Positions 12,237 through 24,257 are shown, counted from the whole stretch's first letter. The stretch: 55,069 bases of DNA, filler included, from Sluysia triapertura (GCA_046118255.1; 4 parts of 4 records of this genome joined end to end with filler, not necessarily neighbours in it); one strand, 5' to 3'. Translations and numbers: made by a program. Notes: a model not told the origin generated them from the sequence alone.

Positions 12237-13518
12237 TCATCTTGACTTTAGTTTATAATCAAATTTTACCAATGAATTTGTCCTAGCAATATAAGAATAT
12301 ATACTTGAAATTTGTTGTCTCGGAAGCCACTTGCTTGTAATCTCGGATATTTTCAGCGTACTATAATAGGATGGCAGAGATGTTTTTTTGATAGGTTGGG
12401 TATGGTCTGTAGTTACTTCCACAACCAATCTTGACAAGAATCGATGGCTGTTTTTGCTGTAATCTACTGCATGTTGTTGATCAAAGTTTGGTACCATCAC
12501 AATATTCCGATCATAATTACGTTTTAAAAATTTCATTTCATTAAAATAACAATAATCTAATCTTTTACCAAAAGAATAATAATAAAGGTCTATTTATTTA
12601 CAAAAATCATAATAATTTATTTCTTTAGAAAAATCATAATAACCTATTCTTTTACAAAGATAATAATAATAATAATAATCTATTTCTTTACAAAAATCAT
12701 AATAACCTAATCTTTTACAAAGAGAATAATAATAGTAACAATCTATTTTACAAAAATCATAATTTATTTCCTTAGAAAAATCATAATAATCGGTTATTAC
12801 GTTGAAGGATGAATCCGCATACATAAGCATAAACAAATTTGGAGAGACATTTGAATGTTTAAAATGACTTAATCGAAATATGGAATTTATAGACATACCA
12901 GGTTTAACTAAATCGAATAGTAGAATTTTGATATCAAATGCAGTTACGCATAGAAATATTATGCGAGCTGTCAAATTGTCTAGTAATTTTGATAAAACTT
13001 TAAAAACTCCTTTAGAATCTTTAATTATATGTACATCAATACTTTGTTTAGCAAGTACCTAGTCTTACATGAACTAGGTAACACATAGAACATCTTTTAG
13101 TAATATACAGCTTTTGTTGTTCTAAAGGATTAGACAAAAGAATTCTACTTTCTTGAAAATGAATTTAATAGTCTTTTTGTTTTAACGAATCCTTTGTTTC
13201 AAAATAATCATATCTACTTGGGATATACTCATTTAATTCAAAATATACTTTCAGACACAACTCTAGCGATTTCAACGAAATCAAACAAAAGTCATTTTTA
13301 CTAAATAAGACATTAATTTTCTCATCACTTGTAGAATTACAATCAAATAACTGATATGATAAATATATCTTTTTGGTTTCTGGTTTCATTATATATACAC
13401 AAATACCTGATTTAACTCTTCTTTTACTTTCATACTTAAAAATTACCTTTTCCCATTTCTTTTTATCAAAATATTCAACATCATTTATTTGCATTATTAC
13501 TAAAATAAAATTGAACAA
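12237..13518 (-). pseudogene. Decayed unknown coding locus containing Tyr/Cys-rich tandem repeats
   Basis: Three collinear ORFs (13165-13518, 12594-12974, 12237-12536) linked by in-frame TAA codons and frameshifts. The ~27-bp degenerate repeat at ~12545-12795 encodes YYDFCKEID/YYYLCKRIG-like units. Confidence 0.45.
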
Positions 13519-13629
13519 TTCTTTTCACTGTAATAAACAAAATTTTTCTTACAAAGTTATTTGGTTGCTATTTTTAACGAGTCTATTTTTAACTATACTA
13601 TTTTTTGTCTCTTAGTATGTGGTTGGTCA

Positions 13630-13679
13630 TCCAATCAGGACCTCTAGTATACAAGTAAAAGAAACTCAACCTGATTGGA
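13630..13679. promoter_or_regulatory. Inverted pair of CCAAT boxes
   Basis: TCCAATCAGG (13630-13639) and its perfect reverse complement CCTGATTGGA (13670-13679), about 110-160 bp upstream of the minus-strand ORF starting at 13518. Confidence 0.35.
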
Positions 13680-15575
13680 CGATAGGTAGAAAATACGAAC
13701 TAAGTTACAAAATAATAATCACTATAATGAATATTGTGACGAGCAGTGTCAACACTGGTGATGGCTCCAACTAATTAAAACATTTTATGAAAATTGAATT
13801 AATATTAATTCAATAATTTGGCAATAATAATAACAACATTGCTATTATTATTATTTACACAAAAGTCAAAAGAAAAGAAAGTCAAAATCTGTTTTCTTGG
13901 TTAATATGCACGATCTTACTATCTTTCGGTCCTTCATCTCAACATATAAAAGATAAAAAATGAAATAAAAATTGCTAACATGTGATGAAATAACGATAAT
14001 AACAGGGCGCACTATGCTCGAGTTATTGTTGTTAATTTATTGTATAAAATTGAATTGTTTAAAATTGTGCACGATCTTTCTTAATTCATAAAAGTTTCTA
14101 ACATGTTGAAATAAATTAAACTTGTATTTGGGACTAAGTTGTTTTTTGAAAGAATTAATAAGTATAATTAACCTTTGAAGATATAATAATTTATTTGAGT
14201 TGTGAAATAAAATAGAGAATGTTAGAATAAGTTCTTAGATGTTGATTTAAGTTCATAATTGAAAAAAAGATTTAAGTATTGGAAGATCGTGGATAAAAAG
14301 TTTAATGAGAAGATTGTAATTTAATAAATCTAAAAAGGCAACTACAATACAACAACTACAAAACATTGTATATTTAAAATATTATTGTACAATGTTTTGT
14401 GTGATTTGTTTGTTTGATGTTTTTGATGGTGTTGTATTATGCTGTTGATGATTATGTATATACGAATAGTGAATTTAAGATGTTGTAATTGATTCGAAGA
14501 TGTGAAGTAGGTATTTTACAGTAGGTATTTCAAGTAGATTTGCTGGTGTTATCTAATGGTATTAAATTTAATTGTGGTTTATACATTATAAGTTTGTGAC
14601 TATGATTTAGTTTAGGCAAATAAACTATTAAATGAATATTATTAAATATTAAATATTAAAGTATTGCTAGTAAATATTAAAGTGTAGTGTAAAATGAAGG
14701 ATTCGAAAGTATAGAGTGGATTATCTCGAATGTGTTTGTTGTTGGATTATTGTGAATGTCGAGTACATGTTTTAGGTGGATTAGTTAGTGTAAATAGGTA
14801 AAGCTGGGTGTAATTGTGATTTGTATGTTGTGGAATTTTGGGTATGGATTGATTTTAGAAGGTATGTAATAGATGAATGTATGAGTGTTAAAGTGTGATT
14901 AATAGAAAAAATATTGGTTTTTTTATAAAATTCTAATGGTTGTAAAGGTTGGCCACCACAACATGAATTAATATAAATGAATAATATATTGTTATTATAT
15001 TTTATATTTCTCTTTTTATTCCATGTGCATTGTTGAATACCAATCAAATGATAGTGTGTCTCAACGGTATCTCAATGAATAATATGTTATCTTTATTCAT
15101 CTCTTTATATGGTCATTTTTGAATACATTTTTCAACGTGACCTCAGTTTGGTAGACTATACAGTTTTATGGTTAGTTACCGTTACTTCTACTGTTTGTTT
15201 ACTTTGTTGCTTGGACACTCATTTTTTAAATCACGATTTTCTCCTTTGTTTGTTATGTCATGTTCATATTTGATCACACTGTGCATTCTGCACTTTTTAT
15301 TCGATGTTTGATGATTATTCCACGAGTGCAGCTTGATTTAATTTAATTTATCAATTTTATAATTCATGTAATAATATTAATTTTATATCTATAATTTTGT
15401 TTTACATATTAATGGTTTAAATATTAATTTTTGAATTTTATGATAAATATTTCTTACAATGATCCACGATTTCTTTATTTTATATTTAATATGAAATAAA
15501 TAATAATTTCACAAACTTGTTATTGATATCAATTCTAAATTAAATATTAATCAATTTCAACTCAATTATTCTTAC

Positions 15576-15855
15576 TCGTCACATTCTTTCTACATCCCGG
15601 TAGACCGTACTCTACTGAAACATCCGTCGTTATCATTTTATCCATTCCATGATTTAAAATAATTCCACATTTTATTCGATCTTTATCAATTGTAATATTT
15701 CCACATTGAATACGTTTCGAAGTGAATATTAATTTAATATTATCTGGATAAATTAGATCTAAATATTTTACTACTACTGTAAATGATGAATTGTCTGTGT
15801 CTAAAACATAACTTTCGATACTTAAATCAGTATATGAAACAAGATATCTCCGATT
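15576..15855 (-). CDS. Open exon truncated by the scaffold end, IPT/TIG-like domain (plexin/Met-type)
   Basis: 97 stop-free codons from 15855: ...SFTVVVKYLDLIYPDNIKLIFTSKRIQCGNITIDKDRIKCGII...VSVEYGLPGC. Candidate donor GTAAGA at 15575. Missing from the ORF track because it has no early start codon. Confidence 0.5.
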
Positions 15856-15955
15856 NNNNNNNNNNNNNNNNNNNNNNNNNNNNNNNNNNNNNNNNNNNNT
15901 TAATTAATTAANNNNNNNNNNNNNNNNNNNNNNNNNNNNNNNNNNNNNNNNNNNN
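15856..15955. other. Artificial scaffold-joining spacer
   Basis: 44 N + TTAATTAATTAA (stops in all six frames) + 44 N; identical at three positions. Confidence 0.97.
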
Positions 15956-16240
15956 GTATAAGATATTTATTTTCATTTTTAATCACAATTTTGTAAAATT
16001 TGCTTAATTTCGAATTTTTCTTATATTATATAACATAAAAACGCTGTTTAAAATTATTGTTAACAATATTTACACCGAAAAATCTAATAAATGTTACTTG
16101 CATTAAATTTTTAATGAAAATCTTAGTAGGCTTTGCAATCAAAATTTATGTTCTATCATTATTTTTTTTCATTTGTTGAATAGTTAATTTTTGTTTAAAT
16201 ATTTTTAATTTAATTGAACATATATAAATTTTTTTAATTT

Positions 16241-16504
16241 ATGTCATTATCAGACATAATAGGCGTAGAAATAATTCTTGAAGGACTAGAAGGAATCACT
16301 TTTGATGCTTTATGGACTTATCTGAAGGTTAAACCTGAATTTAAGGATTTAGATGAAGATTTGAAGTCATTGTTATGGAATAAAATCATTAAACAACTAA
16401 ACTATCTTGATTTTTATTTGTTACATGATGAAAGACTAACTAAATTTGATATTAAAGATCGATTAAATATGTATATACCACATAGTGGATGTTTCCTTGA
16501 TTTC
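16241..16504 (+). CDS. GTF3C1: General transcription factor IIIC subunit 1 (B-box binding), exon 1
   Basis: MSLSDIIGVEIILEGLEGITFDALWTYLK matches the family N-terminus (EVALEGLDGLCLPALWSRL). Donor at 16505; 33-nt intron follows. Confidence 0.9.
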
Positions 16505-16537
16505 GTAATAGTTTTAAAAAATTTAGTATTAATTTAG

Positions 16538-16683
16538 AATGATTTCACCTACCAACCTTATAAAATGACAAAAATTGATGAAAATGAAATTTGTGGTAGT
16601 TGCGAAGATTATTATACCAGGAAAAAATTAGAAAGAAGTGAAGTTGTGGATGATTCGATTTCATATTCTTCTTTATGTGAAAA
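16538..16683 (+). CDS. GTF3C1: GTF3C1 exon 2
   Basis: ICGSCEDYYTRK matches the conserved IQGSCxxFxERK motif; 33-nt intron 16684-16716 follows. Confidence 0.85.
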
Positions 16684-16716
16684 GTATTCATATTTCATTA
16701 TAATTATTATTATTAG

Positions 16717-16833
16717 ATACGGAAACAGATTCATAATGGTTGCTAATTTCCAAATTAGAAAAGAATTTTATGGAATTTCTGATTGTGACGAAATATCTGC
16801 ATATCATTACATTGTTCTAGAATTAATTGGAAG
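16717..16833 (+). CDS. GTF3C1: GTF3C1 exon 3
   Basis: YGNRFIMVANFQIR...HYIVLELIGR, compare WGKKLIIVASQAMR...YCILERLGR; 37-nt intron follows. Confidence 0.88.
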
Positions 16834-16870
16834 GTTGTATTTTTTAAAGTGAAATTAAATGCATATTTAG

Positions 16871-17147
16871 AACAAGGTACAATGGTTTAACAGATGCTGA
16901 AGTTTATGAATTTTTTTGTGACGCAAAGTTATTTTGGTACATTAAATGTAAATTGAAAGAAAATGATTTAATTGAAATTCAAAAAATTTGGATTGCAGAA
17001 TCCAATAAAACACGCGAAGTCGAACTTTATCATTTGAAAAATTTTTATGTACCATATTATAAATATTTTGAAATGGTATTATTGCGAATATATTTATTAG
17101 TTGATCGCATTAATAGTTCTGCTATACCTGACTGGTACATGCATAAA
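16871..17147 (+). CDS. GTF3C1: GTF3C1 exon 4 (B-block-binding winged helix)
   Basis: RTRYNGLTD...DAKLFWYIKCKLKENDLIEIQ, compare RSRWQGELQ...[21 protein letters not shown]; donor GTAAGC at 17148. Confidence 0.88.
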
Positions 17148-17764
17148 GTAAGCAAATTTCATGTTTATTATGCATATGGTGATTTATAAGTTAGCTTTTC
17201 TGAAGGTACAGTTTCACTTTAAAGTATTATTTATTAAATTATGCCAATAATATCGCAAGAAAAATTTTGTATTTCTCAATACTTATTTTTTGGAATCAAA
17301 TTTCTTTAAGATATTAATAGTATCCAAAACGATCAACAATGTTTTCTATTGTTAAATTGCCTTATATTCAGTTTCCAAGACACAAACGTTAATTTATAAT
17401 TATAGTATTTGTACCTATTATAATGAAAAGCACATTCTTAGATATTTGGCCAAGCTTATTCTTTATAGAAGTAATACTACATTTGAAGTAGCCAATTCTT
17501 ACACTATTCTTGAATTATATTCTTTTTGCTAGTTTGTATCTAATAGAATAATTTATTTTTATTTGCATCATAAATGTATCTTTTTAAATTCAACCTTATT
17601 TGTGATATATAAATTTAAAAGATGGCTTAAATTTCATCACAATTATACAAATTTTTAACTTCTAAATATTATTTTACGAAAATAAATAATTTAATTTGAA
17701 TACGTGTAAAAAAATTAATAATATGTTCATATTCAATATAGTTATTTCGACAGTATTAAAGTTA

Positions 17765-18209
17765 TTAAAAGTTTTTAAGAGTACGATACTCTTTAAAACA
17801 AGGGTCCACATACACTTGCATTCACTACATTGAAATTTTGTATTTTTTTCTCTTCTATTTGTGTAGCTACATATAATACATTTTCTTTTTGATTGAAGTT
17901 CTGCTGGAAAATGTCGCGCAATGAGTTTAAGCGGAGAATTAAGTGATGGATGGCCAATTTTTTGAGATGAATATTCCTTAAACCATATCTCTTATTAATA
18001 AGTGGAGAAAGTCGATAAAGGATCATTTTTGTTGTTCACTATTGTTCCTGTCGAAACGTGGATGTAAAATGTATCTTATTTAGAAATATAAAACTAAAAA
18101 TGAATTTGGGAGTTTAAATTGATTTAAAACATTTTATTGATAAAATATCTCATTTTTTAAAGATAATTCTTAAGATGCATACACGCGTCGCCCGTCCCGA
18201 AAGGGTTAA
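17765..18209 (-). mobile_element. piggyBac relic: one terminus plus transposase C-terminal Cys-rich domain
   Basis: The minus strand begins TTAA|CCCTTTCGGGACGGG at 18209. 17922->17765 reads ARHFPAELQSKRKCIICSYTNRREKNTKFQCSECK/VDPCFKEYRTLKNF*, a PGBD4-type CRD. Internally deleted; second TIR not found. Confidence 0.8.
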
Positions 18210-20054
18210 ATATGTATTATGTTTTCTGTTTTTCTAATTTGTATGAAATTTTGGTTAATGATTTTTTTGATCCCAATCATTTCTATGATTTTTCTGACCT
18301 GCAATATAAATTATATTAAAATAAGCATAATTTAACAAAACAATAAGTAATTTATTATTTAAATCAATAGTTTTCGTGAAACATTTTCAAAATTATTAGC
18401 ACCGCCATTGGTCATTCCCAAATATCGAAATAGAAACTTAGTTATTGTGACTAAATTTATATTTTTATATGAATTGCTTTTGATTGATATTATGTTTTAG
18501 TTAATTTTCGTTTAGACTTCTCAAATTACTCAAAGTTTATTATTTCCAATTATTTAAATCTTAATCGAATAACTTTATTTTTCACTTCTTTCATTGTTAA
18601 ATTTCCTTTTGCATTTTTTATAATGCAAAATATTTCAATGGCTATTTATTGTTATCTATTTGGTTTGCGGATAAATTATTTATATTAGTTGAAAAACTTT
18701 TTCTCGTTTCTCAATAAACTTATCAAACAACTTTTTGTTTAATTCAATTATATTCGTTTAAAATCGATTTCTTTTTTATAATCGAATGTTTGGTTCAATA
18801 CTCAGCTCTGTTTTTCAAGATTGAATTTTTCTTTATAGATAATTATTTTTTAAATCTCTAAAATCTTATTTTTCAATCCATTGCTAATAAAGTAAATAAA
18901 AAGGTTTTAATCAGACAAAATATTTGATTTTTTAAAAGAAAATTTGATTTTATATATTTTATGCAGGCAATTAATAAACAATTCCATGACTCCCTAGATA
19001 AGTCACTTTGGTGTGCCAGTCCAATATTAATTAGAATTTATAAAATCACTGGTTAGGATGTTGGTTAAGTTTACGAGGATTGTTTGAGCAAATATAAATT
19101 AGGTTTTACGGAATTGCTTTATAAAATGATAATTAAGATTGTTAATTTTAAGTCTGATGCTGATTAAAATTTATAGAATTGATCGATAAAATGTTAATTA
19201 CGACAACCAAAATAGTTTACTCATATTTTGATTAAAATCAAAATCATTAGAATTATCAAAGTCACTATTGTTCAATTAAAGCTTAACAAAATATTGTGTA
19301 AATATTTTGTGCTAAGTGCTTTTATACCATTTTCTTGTTTTTAATTCCTACATATAAATTCATTAAATCCCTCCATATGTACAAAATTTATTAACAAAAT
19401 TATTCATAAAAATTAAATTTTATTCTATATTAAAGTTTATTTTATTATGTTACTTACAATCTCAATTTCAATTTTATTTTTCATATATTTGGGTTATTAA
19501 TATTCATTAACTCATCATACTGTAAAGTGCATTAAAGTACAATTTAATTTAGTAATACATTATCCATATATAATGTAGTTTCACTTAAAAGCGTACGATC
19601 ATAAATTGAATATCATAAAATTTTAATGATTCAAGTCTTACACAATTTGAACAATTAACGCAAAATGTCGAAATATTTGGATGTCCTTTATTAGTCTGAA
19701 TATCTTAATAAGGAATTAATTATTTAAACTCTTTCTGTAATGATTGCGATAGAGTCAAAAACTCTATTAAACTAAAGTCTGATATAAAATTCAAATGTTT
19801 AGTTAAACGTGCTTTATGACCATATTTTAAGTAGGACTTTAAATAATGTATTTTAAGGGTTTATTTAAAATAATCCGTGAAAACAAATAATACAACACAT
19901 TTTATATTTATGTCACCATATAATGAGTCCCTTATTATTTTAGACTTTAAAACAATCCTTCAAAAAGGCGCTGGGATTTAAAATTTAATAATTATTATTG
20001 ATTTATATTTGTAAAAATAAATTTTATTACATTATGCTTTGTAATTTAATTTAG

Positions 20055-20367
20055 GTACTAAATATATCTACTGAATTGTGTGAAAGAAGTATCGCTTCTT
20101 GTTGGTTAAGTGCGGAAGAAACTAATTATCAATATCTAAATGCATCTTGTGATTTGGATTCAGAAGTACCTTTAGAAGAATTATATAAAAATATGTGTAA
20201 TGATTTTTATTTAAGTACTGAAACACCACCGAAATCAATTATTAGAGAAAAGATGTTGTATTATAAACCGAATAAAAGTTTAAAAGATATTTTTGATTAT
20301 ATTGCTGTAAAAGATAATGAGCAAAAATTCAAAGATGATAATCAATTTCTATGTAAATTACCAAAAG
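20055..20367 (+). CDS. GTF3C1: GTF3C1 exon 5
   Basis: TAG acceptor and GTTAGT donor; phase 0 to phase 1 fits both neighbours. Sequence is poorly conserved. Confidence 0.75.
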
Positions 20368-20886
20368 GTTAGTTTAAATTTTGTAATTGTATAATAATAT
20401 AATAAATGTTAATAAAATATAAAATATATACCATCACCCTGAGTTAGGCCTTTTGTTCTGACTGATAGACATTAAAAGTTATAATTGAAACAAATTGTTG
20501 GATTATGGATGATATAACAAACAGGAGATTCTGGCTTCGATTCTCAGTTTATTACAAGATTTACTAAGTAATACCTTATTTAATAAAATTAAGGTTTAAA
20601 ATTTAAAAGGAAATAGTCGAAAGTCACAAGATTGTTTCGAAAACAATACCACATTAACCTATAAATGTGTTCCTTTATCTAGGCAATGCTTGTAGATTTT
20701 GCCGAGTATTACTTGGCCATAGCCGTTACACAACTGTCTCTAAAATGTGTTTTGGCGCAATCCTAAATAATTTTTATTTTATAAATTAAAGTAGTAAAAT
20801 CACTGAATTAAATGTTTACAAAACACCATGCATATTTGATAATTAAGAAGTTTGAAGTTATATTTATAATATTTATATTTATTTAG

Positions 20887-21677
20887 GTACAACGGATCGC
20901 ATCACTTGTGGTAATTTAGAGCAAAATATTATAACCTTACTTAGTATGCAATCATTATCTCTTAGCGATATCTCAGAACTAATGAATGCCACTTATCGAA
21001 AAGTTCTCCGTATCTTAGAAACATTGGAATCCAAAAATATCATTACGAAGCGATCTATAATACGTAATAAAAACAAAACTATAGTTTATACTACTTCTAT
21101 ACCAGATAGTTTTAATAATCATTTAAACAACACTGAATTTGATTTTGATATACCCATAAAAGACGAAAATACTATAATTGAATCTATTATCAATACTACA
21201 TCTTCATCTCTAATGAAAAAATACATTGAATTCATTACACAATTATTGACTTCCAAAGAAGTTATTCGTGTTGAAGATTTGAAAACTGAAATCTGGAAAT
21301 GGGAAAAATGTCAAGGAATTACTAAAGCTATAAGTAACAAAACCATTGCCACTATTATTTCACAGTTAGAATCAAATAATATTGTACATTGTTTTAAAAT
21401 GCATTTGAAAAAAGATCGTGTTAAATGTATTCGATTACCAACATTGAAGTTTAATTCAGATACGTACAAAATATTTCGAATGTTTATTATGAATACATAT
21501 TATTCACATTTATCTCAAAATATTAAAGACGAAGATAAAGAAGACAAGCAAACTAATTATGATATGCATTGTAAAAAAGAAAATATTAGTGTAGTAAGAT
21601 CATCACAATCAGTTCGAGTTGAAAATGTCGATATAAATTTTATTCGTTTATTCTCATCAAGATCATTCGATAAAAAT
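20887..21677 (+). CDS. GTF3C1: GTF3C1 exon 6 (winged-helix repeats)
   Basis: Phase-1 acceptor. LSLSDISELMNATYRKVLRILETLESKNII and ISNKTIATIISQLESNNIV are wH-like; donor GTTAGC at 21678. Confidence 0.82.
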
Positions 21678-22269
21678 GTTAGCTTAATTTTTTACTTATA
21701 ATTAATTTTGTTTCTTCTGGTTATGTATTAATTTATCTAAAATCTGTATATAGAGAATTATGAGTTTAACTTATCTGGAGAATCGTAAATTCTTATACTT
21801 GCTTTTACAAAAAATTTAACTCTGTATAATTTCAATTCAACTCTGCTACGTTACTCTACTTATCGTTTAATTTACCTGTAAACCCTTTAAGAAACTTTGC
21901 TTTTAATTCCTCTAAAATCAAATAAAATAAAACCAACAACGATTTAGAATTTTGTTTATCAAATTTAAAATTAGTATTTTTAGTAATTTTATATTCAGAC
22001 TAACAATAACTTACTACTTGCGTTATCAATCTAATGCAAATAAGTAGTCTGAATATAATACTGTAAATTTCATTCAAAATTATAAAATATAATCTATTTA
22101 CATAATTATTAAATTTATTTACTCTGTAATTTTTGTCTGAACTTATATCAGTAATTATTTATGAACTTTTAGTCTGAATTAATGATCATTAAATTTTGAT
22201 TTCTATATTTATTTAATCACAATTTAAAATGGTTTTAAATTTTAATATCCATTCCGTATAAACTTGAAT

Positions 22270-22910
22270 TTAAAATGTTTTTGATCGATTTCAATTTCAA
22301 GTATTGGGTCGTTAGTGAAGTAGTCTTTGCACATAGGTAGTTGGGTAATTGGCGTATTTCTCCAGCCGTGGGTTGGTTTGATTTTCCGAGAAAATTTGGG
22401 TTTTAAGAGTTCATCCTGCAGATTTCTTTTGTGTCGTGTGAGGATTTTAGGGAATTTGGGTGGGTTTATTTTTGATAACTTTATTATATAGGGACTAGGT
22501 AGAGGGATGCGGGTGTATGGGTTTGATATTGGAAACAGGGTTCATTGTTTGAGCCACAATTTTGCATAGTTTCAGTCGTGTAGCCTGTACGTCTGGTTCA
22601 TCGACTTTCTCCACAATCCGTTGGGTAATGTATGTGTTTGTATTAGTATTGTATTTATGGGTGATGTGGAGTACTAACGACCTAGGTTGGAAAGATGTTT
22701 TGTATTCAGTGGGTCGATGATTGTATATGTATTGGCACGTTTATTGAATATCATCATTGTCCAGTATTGATGATCCAATATATGTGCGAGTTTGGGAAGA
22801 TGTAAGTTATTCAAGAATACTTGTTCATCGTTTTAGATCGCAATGTTGGATGTTAGGCAATCGATTACCACTGATCCGGGTAAACTCTTAGCTTTAATTG
22901 GGTCGTAACT
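22270..22910 (-). mobile_element. Decayed non-LTR retrotransposon fragment, probably NeSL/Utopia-like with a Ulp1-type protease
   Basis: A/C-rich minus strand with multiple stops. YWTMMIFNKRANTYTIIDPL (22766-22707) resembles the Ulp1 H-W...D-S/P-L core. It is followed by DVQATRLKL and EKYANYPTTYVQRLL, similar to the pre-RT region of that clade. Confidence 0.45.
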
Positions 22911-23104
22911 CTAAGAAAGAATTATCAATTCTGAAATATATCGATCCATTGTATAGAGAAAGAATAATAGCACTTTAGTTTTTTATCTTATTAAATCAGT
23001 TATTTACATCATAAATCAATTCTCTGAAATTATACTAACACAATGACAAAATAAAAAACGAACAACGTCAAATTTAATATTGTAATAAATACCTTCTTTT
23101 TTAG

Positions 23105-23300
23105 TTGGTGGAGAATGTATCAATACCAGAATTACCACAAATTTTAAAATTGAAATTACTGCACGAATATCTGTGGTACTTAGCATATGCTAATGAATCT
23201 GAATTTAGAGATAATGTTATCAAAGGTCAAGAAAATAATTGGGGATTTTGGAACATTGAAAATACAAATGCATGGTACAAATATGTCCAACCACTTAATT
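23105..23300 (+). CDS. GTF3C1: GTF3C1 exon 7
   Basis: LPQILKLKLLHEYLWYLAY (compare LPKMPRLRVVHMFLWYLIY) and WYKYVQPL (compare WMRYIPPI); donor GTTAGT at 23301. Confidence 0.9.
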
Positions 23301-24257
23301 GTTAGTTTATATTTTACTTAGTTTATATATTTGGATTAGAAAGAAAACTTAATTTTACTTTTAACTTAAACGAATGTTTTGCTAATTTTAAAATTTTAAC
23401 GTATGTTAATTTTAAAATACCTTAATAAATTCGATTCAATTTCGATATGATTATTTAAATCAAAACAAAAGGACGTAAAGGCCTTGAAAACAAAGACTAG
23501 ATGCAAAAAAACCCGAAGTTTTTATAATATCAGTACAGAGACTAGAAACGATGTAAGCTTGAATTTCTTTATCGGCGCGATTTTCGATAATAGTAACTAA
23601 TTCTTTCTTTAAAACATTCACATCTAAAGAATGTTCATTAAGTATTCTTTTCTCTAACTATTATCTTCAATAATAATGATAATAATAATACAAAGTGGTA
23701 TGTTATTATCATTAAAAATAGCTTCCAAAACCACTTGTCGAATATCATTTTCATTAGCATGTAGCATTAACATTTCCCATTCTCTACAAGGTTCATAAGG
23801 TTGACACGCGTAACAAAATTCATCGAAATTATCATTCAATATGCGCCATTCTAGCTGGTAAGTATTCGAATGGCTTATCGAATTTTGTTCAGACGATAAT
23901 TTTTTTTCAAGAATATTCTGCTTTTTCAATATTCACAATCCGATACTGATGGCAATATCAATTAGGTCCATATTATTAGAATCGTTAGACGTAAGTAACA
24001 AGTGAAATTGTTTATTGTATTGACCGTTTAAGTAGCATTATCGTGTCGAGAGTGAAAATATATTACCAAATCATTTAAATCGTCCTTTGTAAATACAAAC
24101 CAATCATTATAGAAGGATTCGAATCGATGAGTTGTTATTGAACAGGTATAATTAATAGTTAACGGGCTTCGATTAAATGGTGTATTTGTCTTCAACGCAC
24201 ATAGCAATAAATCTTCAACAATTGATCTTTAGAAGTATAATCTCCAAAGCTGCCTGT

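Noticed and set aside
12545-12795. CRISPR-like array
   Set aside because: Degenerate tandem units with no unique spacers, no cas genes, and a eukaryotic context.
15900-15911. TTAATTAATTAA as a biological palindrome or piggyBac target array
   Set aside because: Always centred in exactly 44+44 N; it is a synthetic six-frame-stop spacer.
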